IMG/VR virus record: IMGVR_UViG_3300042484_002457
Coordinates: 62,001 to 126,000 of that record
Reading direction: 5' to 3' (one strand)
Length of the DNA: 64,000 bases
Position 1 is the first letter of the stretch; every line of letters starts with the position of its first letter. Below are positions 54,439 to 64,000 of this stretch, in pieces. Position numbers and translations under genes: made by a program. The notes below the pieces were generated by a model. The model had not been told where the DNA came from, ran no database searches, and saw nothing but the letters and a program-made list of their open reading frames with translations.

Positions 54439-57400
54439 ATGGCACAACCTGTATGGATCACACCAGCTGGTAGTTTGGGAGTTATACCCGAAGGAGTTTT
54501 CTACCAACTATCAATGTTGGCAGAAGATCCTGATGGCGGCGAAATTTATTATGCTGTAATAGCAGGATCATTGCCCCCTGGTATTCAATGTTTAGCCAAT
54601 GGCTTAATAGTAGGTGTACCCAGGGCCATTGCCAGTCTTCAAGGTGTCCCATTTGACGTCAGTAGAGATGTTACCAGTAAGTTTACCATAAGAATTTACA
54701 CAGAAGAAAATCCACTACTTATAAGAGACAGAACATTCACCCTTACAGTGACCGGCAATGATGTACCAGAATTTACAACTCCTGCAGGTCCCTTGGCTAC
54801 TTATAATTCAATAACCGGCCAATGGGAAGTTAATGATACCTATTATGATGGTGGTGAAATCAATTATCAAATACAATACACTAATCAAGATCCTGATGAC
54901 ACTGTGATTGTGAAATTAGTAGGCGGCGAATTGCCTGGCGGTGTTACTATCACCCCAGGGGGTTTGATCACTGGTTATATACAGCCAGCGGCAAACGTCA
55001 ACGAAACACCTGGTTATGATTTCACGCCAATTTATACCGAGCCTTACGATTTTATAATCAGCTCAGTCAGTAGAAATTACCAATTCACACTGGAAGTCAC
55101 TGACGGCAAGAGTTCAAATTTGAGAACATTTGAGTTCTTTGTATACGATCGGTCAAGTCTAACCGCAGACAACACCACAATAACTGCTGACACCACCGCA
55201 GTTACTGCTGACGAAGGACTTGAACGTGCACCGTTCTTGCTGAATGCTGTGCCAAGCGACCTTGGTATCGTTCGCAGTGACAACTATTATGCCTATCAGT
55301 TTATTGGTAGAGATTATGATACTCCAGATATAAGATATGCTATTGGAGTCAACCAAGGCGCTGGCTTGCCGCCTGGACTAGAACTAGATACAGTCACAGG
55401 ATGGTACTATGGTTACTTGCCTGATCAAGGTGTAACTTCAGTAGAATACAGTTTTAATATTGTTACCTATCAAACAGACTTTGTTGGCTCGCCTATCACT
55501 TGTACAGCAACCACATTTGGTACCAATAGAATAACCTGTAACAGCACTGAACAACTGGGAACAGGCCAGCCTATTATATTCACCGGCACTGCATTTGGCG
55601 GTGTGTCTGCTTCTGCAATACAAGTTTACTATGTGTTGAGTGTAGTAAATGCCACACAGTTTACCATTACAAATAATTTAAGCTCTACCACTCCAGTATC
55701 GCTTAGTACATCAGCAGGATCAATGATTGCAAATCTGGTTGTGGCCAGCAAGCCATATCCGTTTACTATTACGTTGTCTGGTGCAGTTGACGCTGAAGTT
55801 ACATGGTTGACTGACAGCAATCTTGGTTCCATTGTCAATGGCGAAGTCAGCTTGTTTCAGGTTGAAGCTGTTAATCGCGGCGGAAGAAATTTGTTTTATC
55901 GACTCAAAGACGGTGCATTTAATGAATTGCCGCAGGGCCTACAACTGTTGCCAACAGGAGAAATATCAGGTCGCGCCAGCTTTAACACTTTTGCAATTGA
56001 TCTTGGTTCTACCACAATTGACAATAATTCTACTACGTGGGATAGCTCATTTACATTCACAGTAAATGCCTATGCTGAAGACACACAACAAATTGTTTAT
56101 GATGTAGAAAGCATTACAGTTGTAGATGGCGGATCTGGATACAGTGCAGTTACTACACCAGTAATAGAGTTCTCTACGCCAGTTGGTGCCACCGCGGTAC
56201 AGGCCCTGGCAGGCAACGTCACGGTAAGTGGTGGCGCAATTACATTTGTTAGTGTTGCAGATCCTGGCGCTGGATATACTGGTGCAACCGGACAGTCAGG
56301 TTCGGCCACAGTTGAAGTAATTGCCGGTTTTGGCGGTTCGGGCGCCGAATTGCAAGCTGTGATGCGACCAACTGGGGTTAGAGATGTTGTTTCAGTTTTT
56401 AAAACTTTTACAATCAGACTGATTCGTGAATACAATGCACCATATCAAAATCTAGTAGTGCAAGCAATGCCACCGCTAAACGACAGATTGTTAATTGACA
56501 GTTTGTTGACCAACAACAATATTTTTGTACCTGACTACATTTTTAGACCAACAGATCCTTATTTTGGAAAATCTACACGAGTCAATTATGATCATGCATA
56601 CGGTCTAGCGCCAGACATTCTGGATCGCTATGTTGAGAGCCTGTACGAAAATCACTATTGGAAGAATTTGGTGCTAGGTGAAATTGCCACTGCACAAGCT
56701 ACTGATGCCAACGGAAATGTAATATATGAAGTTGTTTATAGCAAAGTGATTGACAACTTGGTAAACAGTGCCGGGGAAAGTGTAAGCAAAATTGTAAATC
56801 TTGCGTATCCCATAATTGATCCCAACGACGGATCAACAGTTCTTACACAGGTCTATCCCAATAGCTTGATCGATATGCGAAATCAAGTTATTGATGTTGT
56901 GGGACAAATATCGTCAAGCTTGCCACTGTGGATGACTTCAAAGCAGTCAGACGGACGTGTTTTGGGCTTTACTCCTGCCTGGGTACTTTGCTACGCCAAG
57001 CCTGGCCGCAGCAGACAAATTGCTTATTACATTCAAAGTCAATTTGGCGAACAACTCAACAAGGTTGATTTCAAAGTTGATCGATATATTCTAGATCGAG
57101 AACTCAGCAGAAACTGGGACACAGTTACTCAAGACTGGACCCCAGAAGCAAACCTTACAACATTTGATAGATTTGATACTGCGGGCTACAATTTTATTGG
57201 TACTGTGAGTATTGGAACTGATCTAGCGTTTGCTGACGTCAACAATCGTACACTGGAATACATCAATGCTCTTGGCGGCCTAGACGGCGTGATCTCCAAT
57301 ATCAACAACAATACCTTGATATTTGTCAAACAGGAAGACTACAGTGGGCCGCCAGGCAGCAACTATGCAACCATAAATGATGCCTGGTCTGATTATTTGA

Positions 57401-57798
57401 TCTTATACGATTCTGCGCCATATGATCAGACTGGTACAGAATTTGATGAATCTGTGGTGATCCCAACTACCCCGGTAAACGAGCGCATGGCTGTTTGGCG
57501 TATTGCAGTGGACCCTATTACCACAATAGTCACATTGTCCATTGAAGAAAATACCGCAGCAAATGATTATGTACAAGTTGAGCGCGGAAACTTCTACAGA
57601 AGTGCTCAACTGTATCGCCCAAGCACTCCAGGAACCGGACTTACACAAGTAAGTTGGTTGCCATTGACCACAGTTGTGACCGAAGAAACAATATTTGACA
57701 TGGGAAGTGTGGCGTTTGAAGAGCCAGTAGATATGTACGATCCAACGGATCAGTATGATAAATATCTGGTATTCCCCAAAGCAAATATTTTGGTGTAA
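54439..57798 (+). CDS. Large baseplate-associated protein with Ig-like repeats
   Basis: Repeated G.LPPG..L...G.I.G modules; TAAATA at 54414. Confidence 0.75.
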   Translation: MAQPVWITPAGSLGVIPEGVFYQLSMLAEDPDGGEIYYAVIAGSLPPGIQCLANGLIVGVPRAIASLQGVPFDVSRDVTSKFTIRIYTEENPLLIRDRTFTLTVTGNDVPEFTTPAGPLATYNSITGQWEVNDTYYDGGEINYQIQYTNQDPDDTVIVKLVGGELPGGVTITPGGLITGYIQPAANVNETPGYDFTPIYTEPYDFIISSVSRNYQFTLEVTDGKSSNLRTFEFFVYDRSSLTADNTTITADTTAVTADEGLERAPFLLNAVPSDLGIVRSDNYYAYQFIGRDYDTPDIRYAIGVNQGAGLPPGLELDTVTGWYYGYLPDQGVTSVEYSFNIVTYQTDFVGSPITCTATTFGTNRITCNSTEQLGTGQPIIFTGTAFGGVSASAIQVYYVLSVVNATQFTITNNLSSTTPVSLSTSAGSMIANLVVASKPYPFTITLSGAVDAEVTWLTDSNLGSIVNGEVSLFQVEAVNRGGRNLFYRLKDGAFNELPQGLQLLPTGEISGRASFNTFAIDLGSTTIDNNSTTWDSSFTFTVNAYAEDTQQIVYDVESITVVDGGSGYSAVTTPVIEFSTPVGATAVQALAGNVTVSGGAITFVSVADPGAGYTGATGQSGSATVEVIAGFGGSGAELQAVMRPTGVRDVVSVFKTFTIRLIREYNAPYQNLVVQAMPPLNDRLLIDSLLTNNNIFVPDYIFRPTDPYFGKSTRVNYDHAYGLAPDILDRYVESLYENHYWKNLVLGEIATAQATDANGNVIYEVVYSKVIDNLVNSAGESVSKIVNLAYPIIDPNDGSTVLTQVYPNSLIDMRNQVIDVVGQISSSLPLWMTSKQSDGRVLGFTPAWVLCYAKPGRSRQIAYYIQSQFGEQLNKVDFKVDRYILDRELSRNWDTVTQDWTPEANLTTFDRFDTAGYNFIGTVSIGTDLAFADVNNRTLEYINALGGLDGVISNINNNTLIFVKQEDYSGPPGSNYATINDAWSDYLILYDSAPYDQTGTEFDESVVIPTTPVNERMAVWRIAVDPITTIVTLSIEENTAANDYVQVERGNFYRSAQLYRPSTPGTGLTQVSWLPLTTVVTEETIFDMGSVAFEEPVDMYDPTDQYDKYLVFPKANILV

Positions 57799-57810
57799 CC
57801 AGGACACACA

Positions 57811-58710
57811 ATGACCAGTCAAATCAACCCTAACAACATAAACACAGCATACCCTGTAGCTGGCCAGGACAACAGTACTCAAGGATTTCGTGACAACTTT
57901 ACGAATATCAAATTGAATTTTCAGTTCGCAGCCGGAGAAATCTCTGCACTACAAGCCAATGCTGTGGTTGGAGGGGCTAATACAATCAACGATTTGCAAG
58001 GTGCAGTACTTTACAATTCCACCTTGCAAAATGTACGATACGCTCAAATAAACATTGGCGATGCTGCACCAAGCACTACAATCAACTATGCTGCGGCCAG
58101 TTATCAAACTGTAACAGCCAATGCAAATACTGTACTGAATTTTTCAAATCTTCCAGCAGCAGGAAATACTGCTGTAATCACCTTGGCCATAAACGCCGAA
58201 GCTGCAAACGTCACTGCTGCACCTTACACTGTGACCATTGCCAATGCTCAAATAAGCAATAACAACGTTACCTTGACTGGCTTGAACGGCAATGTGCTGA
58301 GTTTTCCAAATGCTTATAATACCGATGCCGGACTGCACACCTATCAATTGATAACAGATGATCAAGGGGCATCTTGGACCATTACTTCTTTAAACAGTTC
58401 AGCCCAGCCACTCAACGCCAGCGCAGAAGATGTAGCAGCCGGTGCCGCAGTAAAATTAAGCATAAGCGACAGCTACTTCAGCACCGCAGCGCCTGAGACA
58501 GCAACACTGGGCGCTGGAGTAAACGGACAAGTAAAAGTTTTGGCCATGTATGCTGATTTGGGAGACATGGTAATCACAGTGACAAATGCTGGTTGGAAAA
58601 CTTCAGGCACAGGTACTATTACATTTGACACCATTGGTGATGCATGCACACTCAAATACATCAATTCAAAATGGTTTGTAATTGGCAACAACGGATGCAC
58701 TTTTGCCTAA
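57811..58710 (+). CDS. Virion structural protein, paralog A
   Basis: MTSQINPNNI...YPVAGQDN..QGFRDNF. Confidence 0.75.
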   Translation: MTSQINPNNINTAYPVAGQDNSTQGFRDNFTNIKLNFQFAAGEISALQANAVVGGANTINDLQGAVLYNSTLQNVRYAQINIGDAAPSTTINYAAASYQTVTANANTVLNFSNLPAAGNTAVITLAINAEAANVTAAPYTVTIANAQISNNNVTLTGLNGNVLSFPNAYNTDAGLHTYQLITDDQGASWTITSLNSSAQPLNASAEDVAAGAAVKLSISDSYFSTAAPETATLGAGVNGQVKVLAMYADLGDMVITVTNAGWKTSGTGTITFDTIGDACTLKYINSKWFVIGNNGCTFA

Positions 58711-58723
58711 TCAAGGATAAACA

Positions 58724-60223
58724 ATGACCAGTCAAATCAACCCAAACAACATCGATGGATCATATCCAGTAGCTGGACAAGACAACAACAGCCAAGGATT
58801 TCGCGACAACTTTACCAACATCAAAGTCAACTTTCAAGACGCTGCTGCTGAAATAACTGATTTACAAAACAAGGTAGTTCTCAAGGCTGCACTAACTGGC
58901 ATCCCACTGGACAACAACATGAATGATGCACTGTTGTTGGCAGCAAAGATTCAAGATTTTAGTGCCACCAAGGTCACAGTAGAAAACACCAGCGGCGCCA
59001 TTGCTATCAATTACACCAGTGGACACTATCAAAGCATTGCCACTTCTGGACCTATTTCGTTGAGCTTTATCAACTGGCCCGGCACTGGCAGCTACGGTTA
59101 TATCAAACTGCAAATAAACATTCAAAACGTCAGTAACACTGTGACATTGCCTGGTGCAGTCAGTTTGGGTACAACAGGTCTACAAGGCTACAGTGCTGGA
59201 ACAATAACATTTAGTGCAACTGGCATTTATGAATTTGGATTTGGCACATACGATGGCGGCACAACAATAACCATTTTTGACTTGAACCGTGGCCTAACAA
59301 ACTTTGCTGGCGCTGACATTCAATTTGACGATATCACTGCCACTGGCAATATCAGTGCAGGCAACATTGCCAATCCAAGATTTATATCAGCATCTGGAAA
59401 CGTGTTGGCTGCACAAAACATTGTGGCAGTGGGCAACGTAACTGGTGGCAACATCAATGCCAGCGGCGCAGTCTCGGCAACTGGTAATGTGTCTGGTGCT
59501 AACATTGTCACAGCAGGAACTGTCAGTGCAGTTGGCAACATAGCTGGTACCAACTTGGTAGGCCTTGTGAGGCCGCCAGCTGGGTCAGCAAGTCAAGCAC
59601 CCTTGGTGCTCACTTCAGGTTCAAATTTAAGTGTACCAGCAGCTGGTGCATTTGAGTATGACGGGGTAGTATTTTATTCAACTCCGCAGGCCACAGCACA
59701 ACGTGGTGTTGTGCCCACAGTGTATGTGCTGGCGCTGAGTACAGATTACCTGGCAAACGATTCTAGCTCTGCACAAAAGGTGTTTGATGTAGGCACCAGT
59801 TCAGCTGGAACAGTTACCTTGGCTGGCTCAACCACATACATGTTTGAAGGCACCTACTACATTACTCGTGCTCTGGGCACAACCAGTCACACCACTAGTT
59901 TGTTGTTTGCATTAAGTAATGCCTTGACCAGCATCACTTATCATATTGACAGTACCACGTCAACTGGTGCTGCGCTCACAGCCGTGAACAGAATTTATGC
60001 TACGTCAGTCAACGCCACAACAGCAACCGGTGCATCAACATCGGCTACTGAAAATCTAGTGTTTACAGTAAAAGGTATACTGCGCACCAATTCAAGCACC
60101 ACATTGCAACCACAATTCCAGTACAGTACTGCACCCGGTGGCTCGCCTACTGTGTTAAAGAACAGTTACATTAAATTTGTACCAATTGGCACAAGTTCGG
60201 TTACCACAGTGGGCAATTGGTAA
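58724..60223 (+). CDS. Virion structural/fibre protein, paralog B
   Basis: Same N-terminus as paralog A; GNV.GGN repeats. Confidence 0.75.
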   Translation: MTSQINPNNIDGSYPVAGQDNNSQGFRDNFTNIKVNFQDAAAEITDLQNKVVLKAALTGIPLDNNMNDALLLAAKIQDFSATKVTVENTSGAIAINYTSGHYQSIATSGPISLSFINWPGTGSYGYIKLQINIQNVSNTVTLPGAVSLGTTGLQGYSAGTITFSATGIYEFGFGTYDGGTTITIFDLNRGLTNFAGADIQFDDITATGNISAGNIANPRFISASGNVLAAQNIVAVGNVTGGNINASGAVSATGNVSGANIVTAGTVSAVGNIAGTNLVGLVRPPAGSASQAPLVLTSGSNLSVPAAGAFEYDGVVFYSTPQATAQRGVVPTVYVLALSTDYLANDSSSAQKVFDVGTSSAGTVTLAGSTTYMFEGTYYITRALGTTSHTTSLLFALSNALTSITYHIDSTTSTGAALTAVNRIYATSVNATTATGASTSATENLVFTVKGILRTNSSTTLQPQFQYSTAPGGSPTVLKNSYIKFVPIGTSSVTTVGNW

Positions 60224-60265
60224 CAAACCGTTTGACTTTACAAACAGTTCCAACTATAATAAGGT

Positions 60266-60505
60266 ATGGAACATCCACTACTTGGCGATCTAGATGAGTA
60301 CTCAATTGATGAGCTCAACTCTAAGATATCCGAACTCAACAAAAAACTAAACATTGCCATGTCAACTGGCAATGCACATCTCTGTAATCAACTGCGCATG
60401 GCCATTGAAAGCTTTAGAAACAAGTATCATGAAAAAGTGCGCAATGACTATGAGAAGAAATTAGCCGACGCAAAAATTGATTCTAGCAAGATTGATATCC
60501 AATGA
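60266..60505 (+). CDS. Coiled-coil hypothetical protein
   Basis: Sigma70 promoter near 60232-60260. Confidence 0.7.
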   Translation: MEHPLLGDLDEYSIDELNSKISELNKKLNIAMSTGNAHLCNQLRMAIESFRNKYHEKVRNDYEKKLADAKIDSSKIDIQ

Positions 60506-61107
60506 ACATAAGATTACAATACGATTTAGAATTCCTGGGCGGGATTTACTACGACAATGCTCTGAGACTCAACAGTTATTCAATCAATCTGCAGATTCTA
60601 ACAAGAACTGCTGACCCTGTTGAACTCAACATTGCCTGGGAAAGACTAAAAGCATTTGTGTATGGCGAACTAGACAACACTGTGTTCATCAATCAAAAGC
60701 TTGAGGATCAAGCGGAACTGTTGGCCATGATGGGTGTTAATATTACAACATTGCCAGAAGATCCAGTTGATCAAGTGATTGGGTTGATGTTGATGTGCAA
60801 GCTCAATGCTATCTTCGAGGGTCGACTACATATTGTACAATTGGATATATCCAGCTCAATTGGAGACAATGTTTGGTATCTCATTGACGAAGAAGAAGGT
60901 GTAGGTGTGTTTGCTCAAGATGGTTGGTGGAACGAGCCCACAGTAAAACATTCAACAGTGAACATTGACAAAGACAACAGCAAAGTAGTCAAGGTGTCTC
61001 CCAGTGCCTGGATTGAGTACGGACTTACTTGGCCTGACTTGGTTGACAAACAGTCAAAAAAGCCGCATACTGTGTTATACGCAAAATTTCCCAAGAATGA
61101 AAATTGA
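60502..61107 (+). CDS. Hypothetical protein
   Basis: ATGA-coupled. Confidence 0.7.
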   Translation: MNIRLQYDLEFLGGIYYDNALRLNSYSINLQILTRTADPVELNIAWERLKAFVYGELDNTVFINQKLEDQAELLAMMGVNITTLPEDPVDQVIGLMLMCKLNAIFEGRLHIVQLDISSSIGDNVWYLIDEEEGVGVFAQDGWWNEPTVKHSTVNIDKDNSKVVKVSPSAWIEYGLTWPDLVDKQSKKPHTVLYAKFPKNEN

Positions 61108-61615
61108 CAAATTTGGACAGATGATTTTCAGTCAAGACGATGTTGTAAACTTGTATTTGCAAGGACACAACATCAATGTACTAGAACATCTCTTGGTTGA
61201 CAACACCATTGATCTAGAAACTGCTGCACACATACTGGAAAATGTGCCGGCATTTGTGCGCTATGATGAACTGGCACAACAACAAACACTAGAAGAATGG
61301 GATCATCGATGTCAAGCCAACTGGTACATGCCTGAAAAATACAAGCAATTGGACATCGCTGAACATGTATTGAGCCTGTGCACAACAGATGTTGAACTTC
61401 AACGCTGCGGCCAAGAACTCATGTTGTTTCAAGAACGAAATCTTTTTGACCTACTGCGCTATCTAGTTTATCTAGTGGATGTCATGCGTGAAAATCGTTT
61501 GATCTGGGGAGTGGGACGAGGAAGCAGTGTGGCCAGTTATGTGCTGTACAAATTGGGTGTACACAAAATCAACAGCCTGTACTATGAATTAGATCCTGCT
61601 GAATTCTTGCGTTAA
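61097..61615 (+). CDS. DNA polymerase III alpha (DnaE) fragment as a stand-alone gene
   Basis: R...EL...YL..LVD.MR...WGVGRGSSVASYVLY.LGVH.I. Confidence 0.82.
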   Translation: MKIDKFGQMIFSQDDVVNLYLQGHNINVLEHLLVDNTIDLETAAHILENVPAFVRYDELAQQQTLEEWDHRCQANWYMPEKYKQLDIAEHVLSLCTTDVELQRCGQELMLFQERNLFDLLRYLVYLVDVMRENRLIWGVGRGSSVASYVLYKLGVHKINSLYYELDPAEFLR

Positions 61616-61636
61616 ATATAATTTTAGGAGATAGCT

Positions 61637-61858
61637 ATGACCAAACAAATACATAGATCAGCCAATGGCAAGCCCGTTGACATGGGCGCACTGCGTTTGA
61701 AAAACGAAAAAGTTCGAGCAGTTGGCAACATGAAAGTCAACGCTCGGGGAGATCAAGTAGACGACATGAATCGTGTGATTGCCACCAAGCCTGAACAAGT
61801 AAACAAACAGTATCGAAAACAAGTAGTTACTGGAAAAAACAATATAGGACCAGTATGA
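61637..61858 (+). CDS. Hypothetical late protein
   Basis: TAAATA plus AGGAG. Confidence 0.7.
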   Translation: MTKQIHRSANGKPVDMGALRLKNEKVRAVGNMKVNARGDQVDDMNRVIATKPEQVNKQYRKQVVTGKNNIGPV

Positions 61859-62256
61859 CCAAAGCAGCGTATTCTGCACACAAAATCAACCGACATCAGT
61901 TGCAACCCATCAAGGATGCAGTGATTGTGAGCGACATGGTTTTTGATGAACGACTCAGCACTGGTGGTATTGTGCTGTTAAACGACAATGGTAAAAGCAG
62001 TGGTATTCGGCCCCGCTGGGGCCGTGTGTATGCAGTGGGCCCTGACCAGTCTGGAGTGCGTGTAGGCGAATGGGTTTGTATAGAACATGGTCGTTGGACT
62101 CGAGGTCTTGAAGTTGAAGACGAAGCTGGCAAACATACACTGCGCAGAGTTGATCCCAAGGATATCTTGATGAGTGCAGATGAGCGGCCAGATGATGTGA
62201 CTTTCTCATCAGCCATTCACGTAGAAGCCAAACCCAGCCACATGCAGCACAACTGA
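61855..62256 (+). CDS. GroES-like co-chaperonin
   Basis: LQPI.D.VIV...STGGIVL...G.V.AVGP...V.VGE.V. Confidence 0.8.
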   Translation: MTKAAYSAHKINRHQLQPIKDAVIVSDMVFDERLSTGGIVLLNDNGKSSGIRPRWGRVYAVGPDQSGVRVGEWVCIEHGRWTRGLEVEDEAGKHTLRRVDPKDILMSADERPDDVTFSSAIHVEAKPSHMQHN

Positions 62257-62257
62257 T

Positions 62258-62518
62258 ATGATAATCAACTGGGACGTAAACAAAGTTATTAGCGACTGCC
62301 AGAAGATGTATTATGGGGCAAATGACCCATATGTGACCGGTTGGAACAACTGGCCTTGCAAACAAGACTTATATCGTGTAAAATTTGCTGTAGACGAAAT
62401 GCTCAAGAACACTAGCAAATTTGCTGGTGAACAAGAGTGGTTGGAAGAACATGATAAAGAACAAGTTTGGAAAAAACTCAATGAAGTGCAACACTTGTCG
62501 AAAAGACATAGATTCTAA
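62258..62518 (+). CDS. Hypothetical protein
   Basis: Operonic position. Confidence 0.65.
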   Translation: MIINWDVNKVISDCQKMYYGANDPYVTGWNNWPCKQDLYRVKFAVDEMLKNTSKFAGEQEWLEEHDKEQVWKKLNEVQHLSKRHRF

Positions 62519-62612
62519 TTGCGACTGGCACCAAGGCCGATGTCCGCATCGTCCCAGCACCTGGGACGTTTTTATTACATGGTGGAGAAATAGAAATGAG
62601 CAAAGGAAGTAG
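62481..62612 (+). CDS. Small Cys-rich protein
   Basis: CxxC...C...CPH. Confidence 0.45.
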   Translation: MKCNTCRKDIDSNCDWHQGRCPHRPSTWDVFITWWRNRNEQRK

Positions 62613-62790
62613 ACCTCGTCCTTTAAGTATTCCAATTGTGGAATTGAACAATAGACTAGATACAATCTTTGGTGAAAAGCCAAAGAAACAGCGTTGGATA
62701 CCACCAGCATTGCCCGAAGACATGCAAGGTATCAAAAGCTCGTTTGAGCAGCAACTGGGTGTGAATAAACTTCCACCTGGGCGCACATGA
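62596..62790 (+). CDS. Hypothetical protein
   Basis: MSKGSRPRP...D.IFG; GGAGA RBS. Confidence 0.6.
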   Translation: MSKGSRPRPLSIPIVELNNRLDTIFGEKPKKQRWIPPALPEDMQGIKSSFEQQLGVNKLPPGRT

Positions 62791-63005
62791 AATTATTCAA
62801 CCAGGTATATCTAGGAATGAATCCCACAATACAACAACTGATGCAACAGGCAGGCACTGACACCAGCGGCAAATGGATGAGTATAGACAATGCCGAAAAG
62901 TTTGCTCAGTTGGTAATTGCAGCGTATAATAAAGAACTTGACGAGTCTTGTCAGGAAAGCAAAAGCAAACTTGGCTACAGCCGAATTGGATTGGAAAACG
63001 TATGA
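62787..63005 (+). CDS. Distant member of the MNERI/KFAELIV family
   Basis: MNPTIQQL.QQAG...EKFAQLVI. Confidence 0.55.
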   Translation: MKLFNQVYLGMNPTIQQLMQQAGTDTSGKWMSIDNAEKFAQLVIAAYNKELDESCQESKSKLGYSRIGLENV

Positions 63006-63925
63006 AAGAATTATGGGTAGAAAAATATCGTCCCAACACTGTGGATGGTTATGTGTTTGTTGACACTGCGCAACGTGAGCAGGTAACACAGTGGATCCGA
63101 GACGGAAGTATTCCTCACTTGATGTTGAGTGGTAGTGCTGGTACAGGTAAAACAACCCTGGCCAAACTGTTGATCAATGAACTAGGCGTAGACGAATATG
63201 ACGTGATGTACGCCAACGGTTCAAAGGAAGCTCGCAAGGTTGAGTGGGTGGACAAGCTGATCAGCTTTTGTCAAACCATGCCATTTGGTGCATTCAAAGT
63301 GGTGTTGATTGACGAAGCAGACTACATGAATCCCAACTCGGTACAGCCCGCACTACGCAACTTGATGGAAGACTACAGCCAAACTGTGCGGTTTATTCTT
63401 ACTTGTAACTATCCCAACAAGATTATCCCGGCCTTGCACTCACGTTGCCAAGGCTTTCACATCACCAAAACAGATCATACAGAGTTCACTGCTAGAGTGG
63501 CCACTGTGCTGGTGTCAGAAAATGTAGAATTTGATCTGGACACCTTGGATACTTATGTCAAGGCCACTTATCCAGATCTACGCAAGTGTTTGAACTTGGT
63601 ACAACCCAATTCAGTAACTGGAAAACTTGCACCCCCGGGCGAAAGCGATCGTGCTGTTCGAGACTGGAAGCTGGACTGTGTGGATCTGTTCAAACAAGGC
63701 AAGATTCGTGCAGCTCGTACTTTGCTGTGTCAAAGTGCCAGTGCCGAAGAATCAGATGAGATTTTTCGCTGGATGTACGACAACCTTGAACTGTTTGGTA
63801 AAACAGCTGAGCAGCAGGATCAAGCCATTGTGATTATTCGCAACGGCATTGCCAACATTCCCTTGGTCACAGATCAAGAAATCAACCTGAGTGCTACTTT
63901 AATTGAACTTGGCAACATCGCTTGA
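63002..63925 (+). CDS. Clamp loader AAA+ subunit (RFC small subunit/T4 gp44-like)
   Basis: LWVEKYRP, GSAGTGKTT, IDEAD, SRC, DLR. Confidence 0.93.
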   Translation: MKELWVEKYRPNTVDGYVFVDTAQREQVTQWIRDGSIPHLMLSGSAGTGKTTLAKLLINELGVDEYDVMYANGSKEARKVEWVDKLISFCQTMPFGAFKVVLIDEADYMNPNSVQPALRNLMEDYSQTVRFILTCNYPNKIIPALHSRCQGFHITKTDHTEFTARVATVLVSENVEFDLDTLDTYVKATYPDLRKCLNLVQPNSVTGKLAPPGESDRAVRDWKLDCVDLFKQGKIRAARTLLCQSASAEESDEIFRWMYDNLELFGKTAEQQDQAIVIIRNGIANIPLVTDQEINLSATLIELGNIA

Positions 63926-64000
63926 GCCTGTGATTGATCCCAACAACAGGATCACATTCCTGTTGGATTGGGAACTCACAATGAAATGCAATCTGGATTG
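63909..64000 (+). CDS. Radical SAM protein, truncated by the window edge
   Basis: ...DWELTMKCNLD followed by an incomplete TG codon, consistent with the start of CxxxCxxC. Confidence 0.6.
   Translation, partial: MATSLEPVIDPNNRITFLLDWELTMKCNLD

Noticed and set aside
57811-58900. Repeated N-termini as a diversity-generating retroelement TR/VR pair
   Set aside because: The repeats are N-terminal, no adenine-specific pattern was evident, and no reverse transcriptase is in the window.
48496-60223. Long antisense and alternate-frame ORFs in fibre genes (e.g. 49862..50626, 51698..53587)
   Set aside because: Shadows of Gly/Thr/Ala/Asn-rich repetitive coding on the opposite strand; no RBS or motifs.
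1-64000. tRNA/rRNA genes or alternative genetic code
   Set aside because: No cloverleaf or rRNA-like segments were recognised by eye (tRNAscan not run). Known genes are full-length in the standard code and end in TAA, TGA and TAG.
1-64000. Bacterial chromosome origin suggested by metK, clpP, pstS, infA and nadE
   Set aside because: These genes lack their usual operon partners (pstCAB, clpX) and are interspersed with phage structural genes, homing endonucleases and late promoters.

Overview
This is a 64-kb segment of a large lytic dsDNA myovirus-like phage, probably jumbo-class, with a betaproteobacterial host inferred from the host-like genes. Evidence: dense short ORFs, sigma70 early promoters, T4-like TAAATA late promoters, baseplate/tail-fibre genes (48.5-60.2 kb), an RFC-type clamp loader, a stand-alone DnaE fragment, GroES and two GIY-YIG homing endonucleases. 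Host-type auxiliary genes include a fatty-acid desaturase, PBP7-like endopeptidase, CHASE2 adenylate cyclase, FecR, UDP-sugar dehydrogenase, amidinotransferase, UvsE, phasin-like protein, PstS, two ClpP, MetK, NadE, SleB, IF-1, Fe/Mn SOD and ErpA. Two repeat systems organise the accessory regions. (1) At 15.6-18.6 kb, an array of paralogous MNERI...KFAELIV...HFGVEE microproteins and unrelated ORFs is joined by seven copies of a ~22-25 bp junction that supplies C-terminus, RBS and stop/start. (2) A portable cassette of 18-20 bp palindrome + sigma70 promoter + RBS recurs about ten times; the palindrome supplies the upstream gene's stop codon six times and occurs in both orientations. Other highlights: an unannotated ArfA-like ORF, a Pro-rich 24-aa peptide before the cyclase, a Pho box and 28-bp direct repeats around pstS, PhaR-like boxes, a DGQH + EHxxP gene pair, and possible capsid-targeting leaders on SOD and a nuclease-like protein. 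No tRNA, rRNA or CRISPR array was recognised. All family calls are by eye from motifs; no searches were run.
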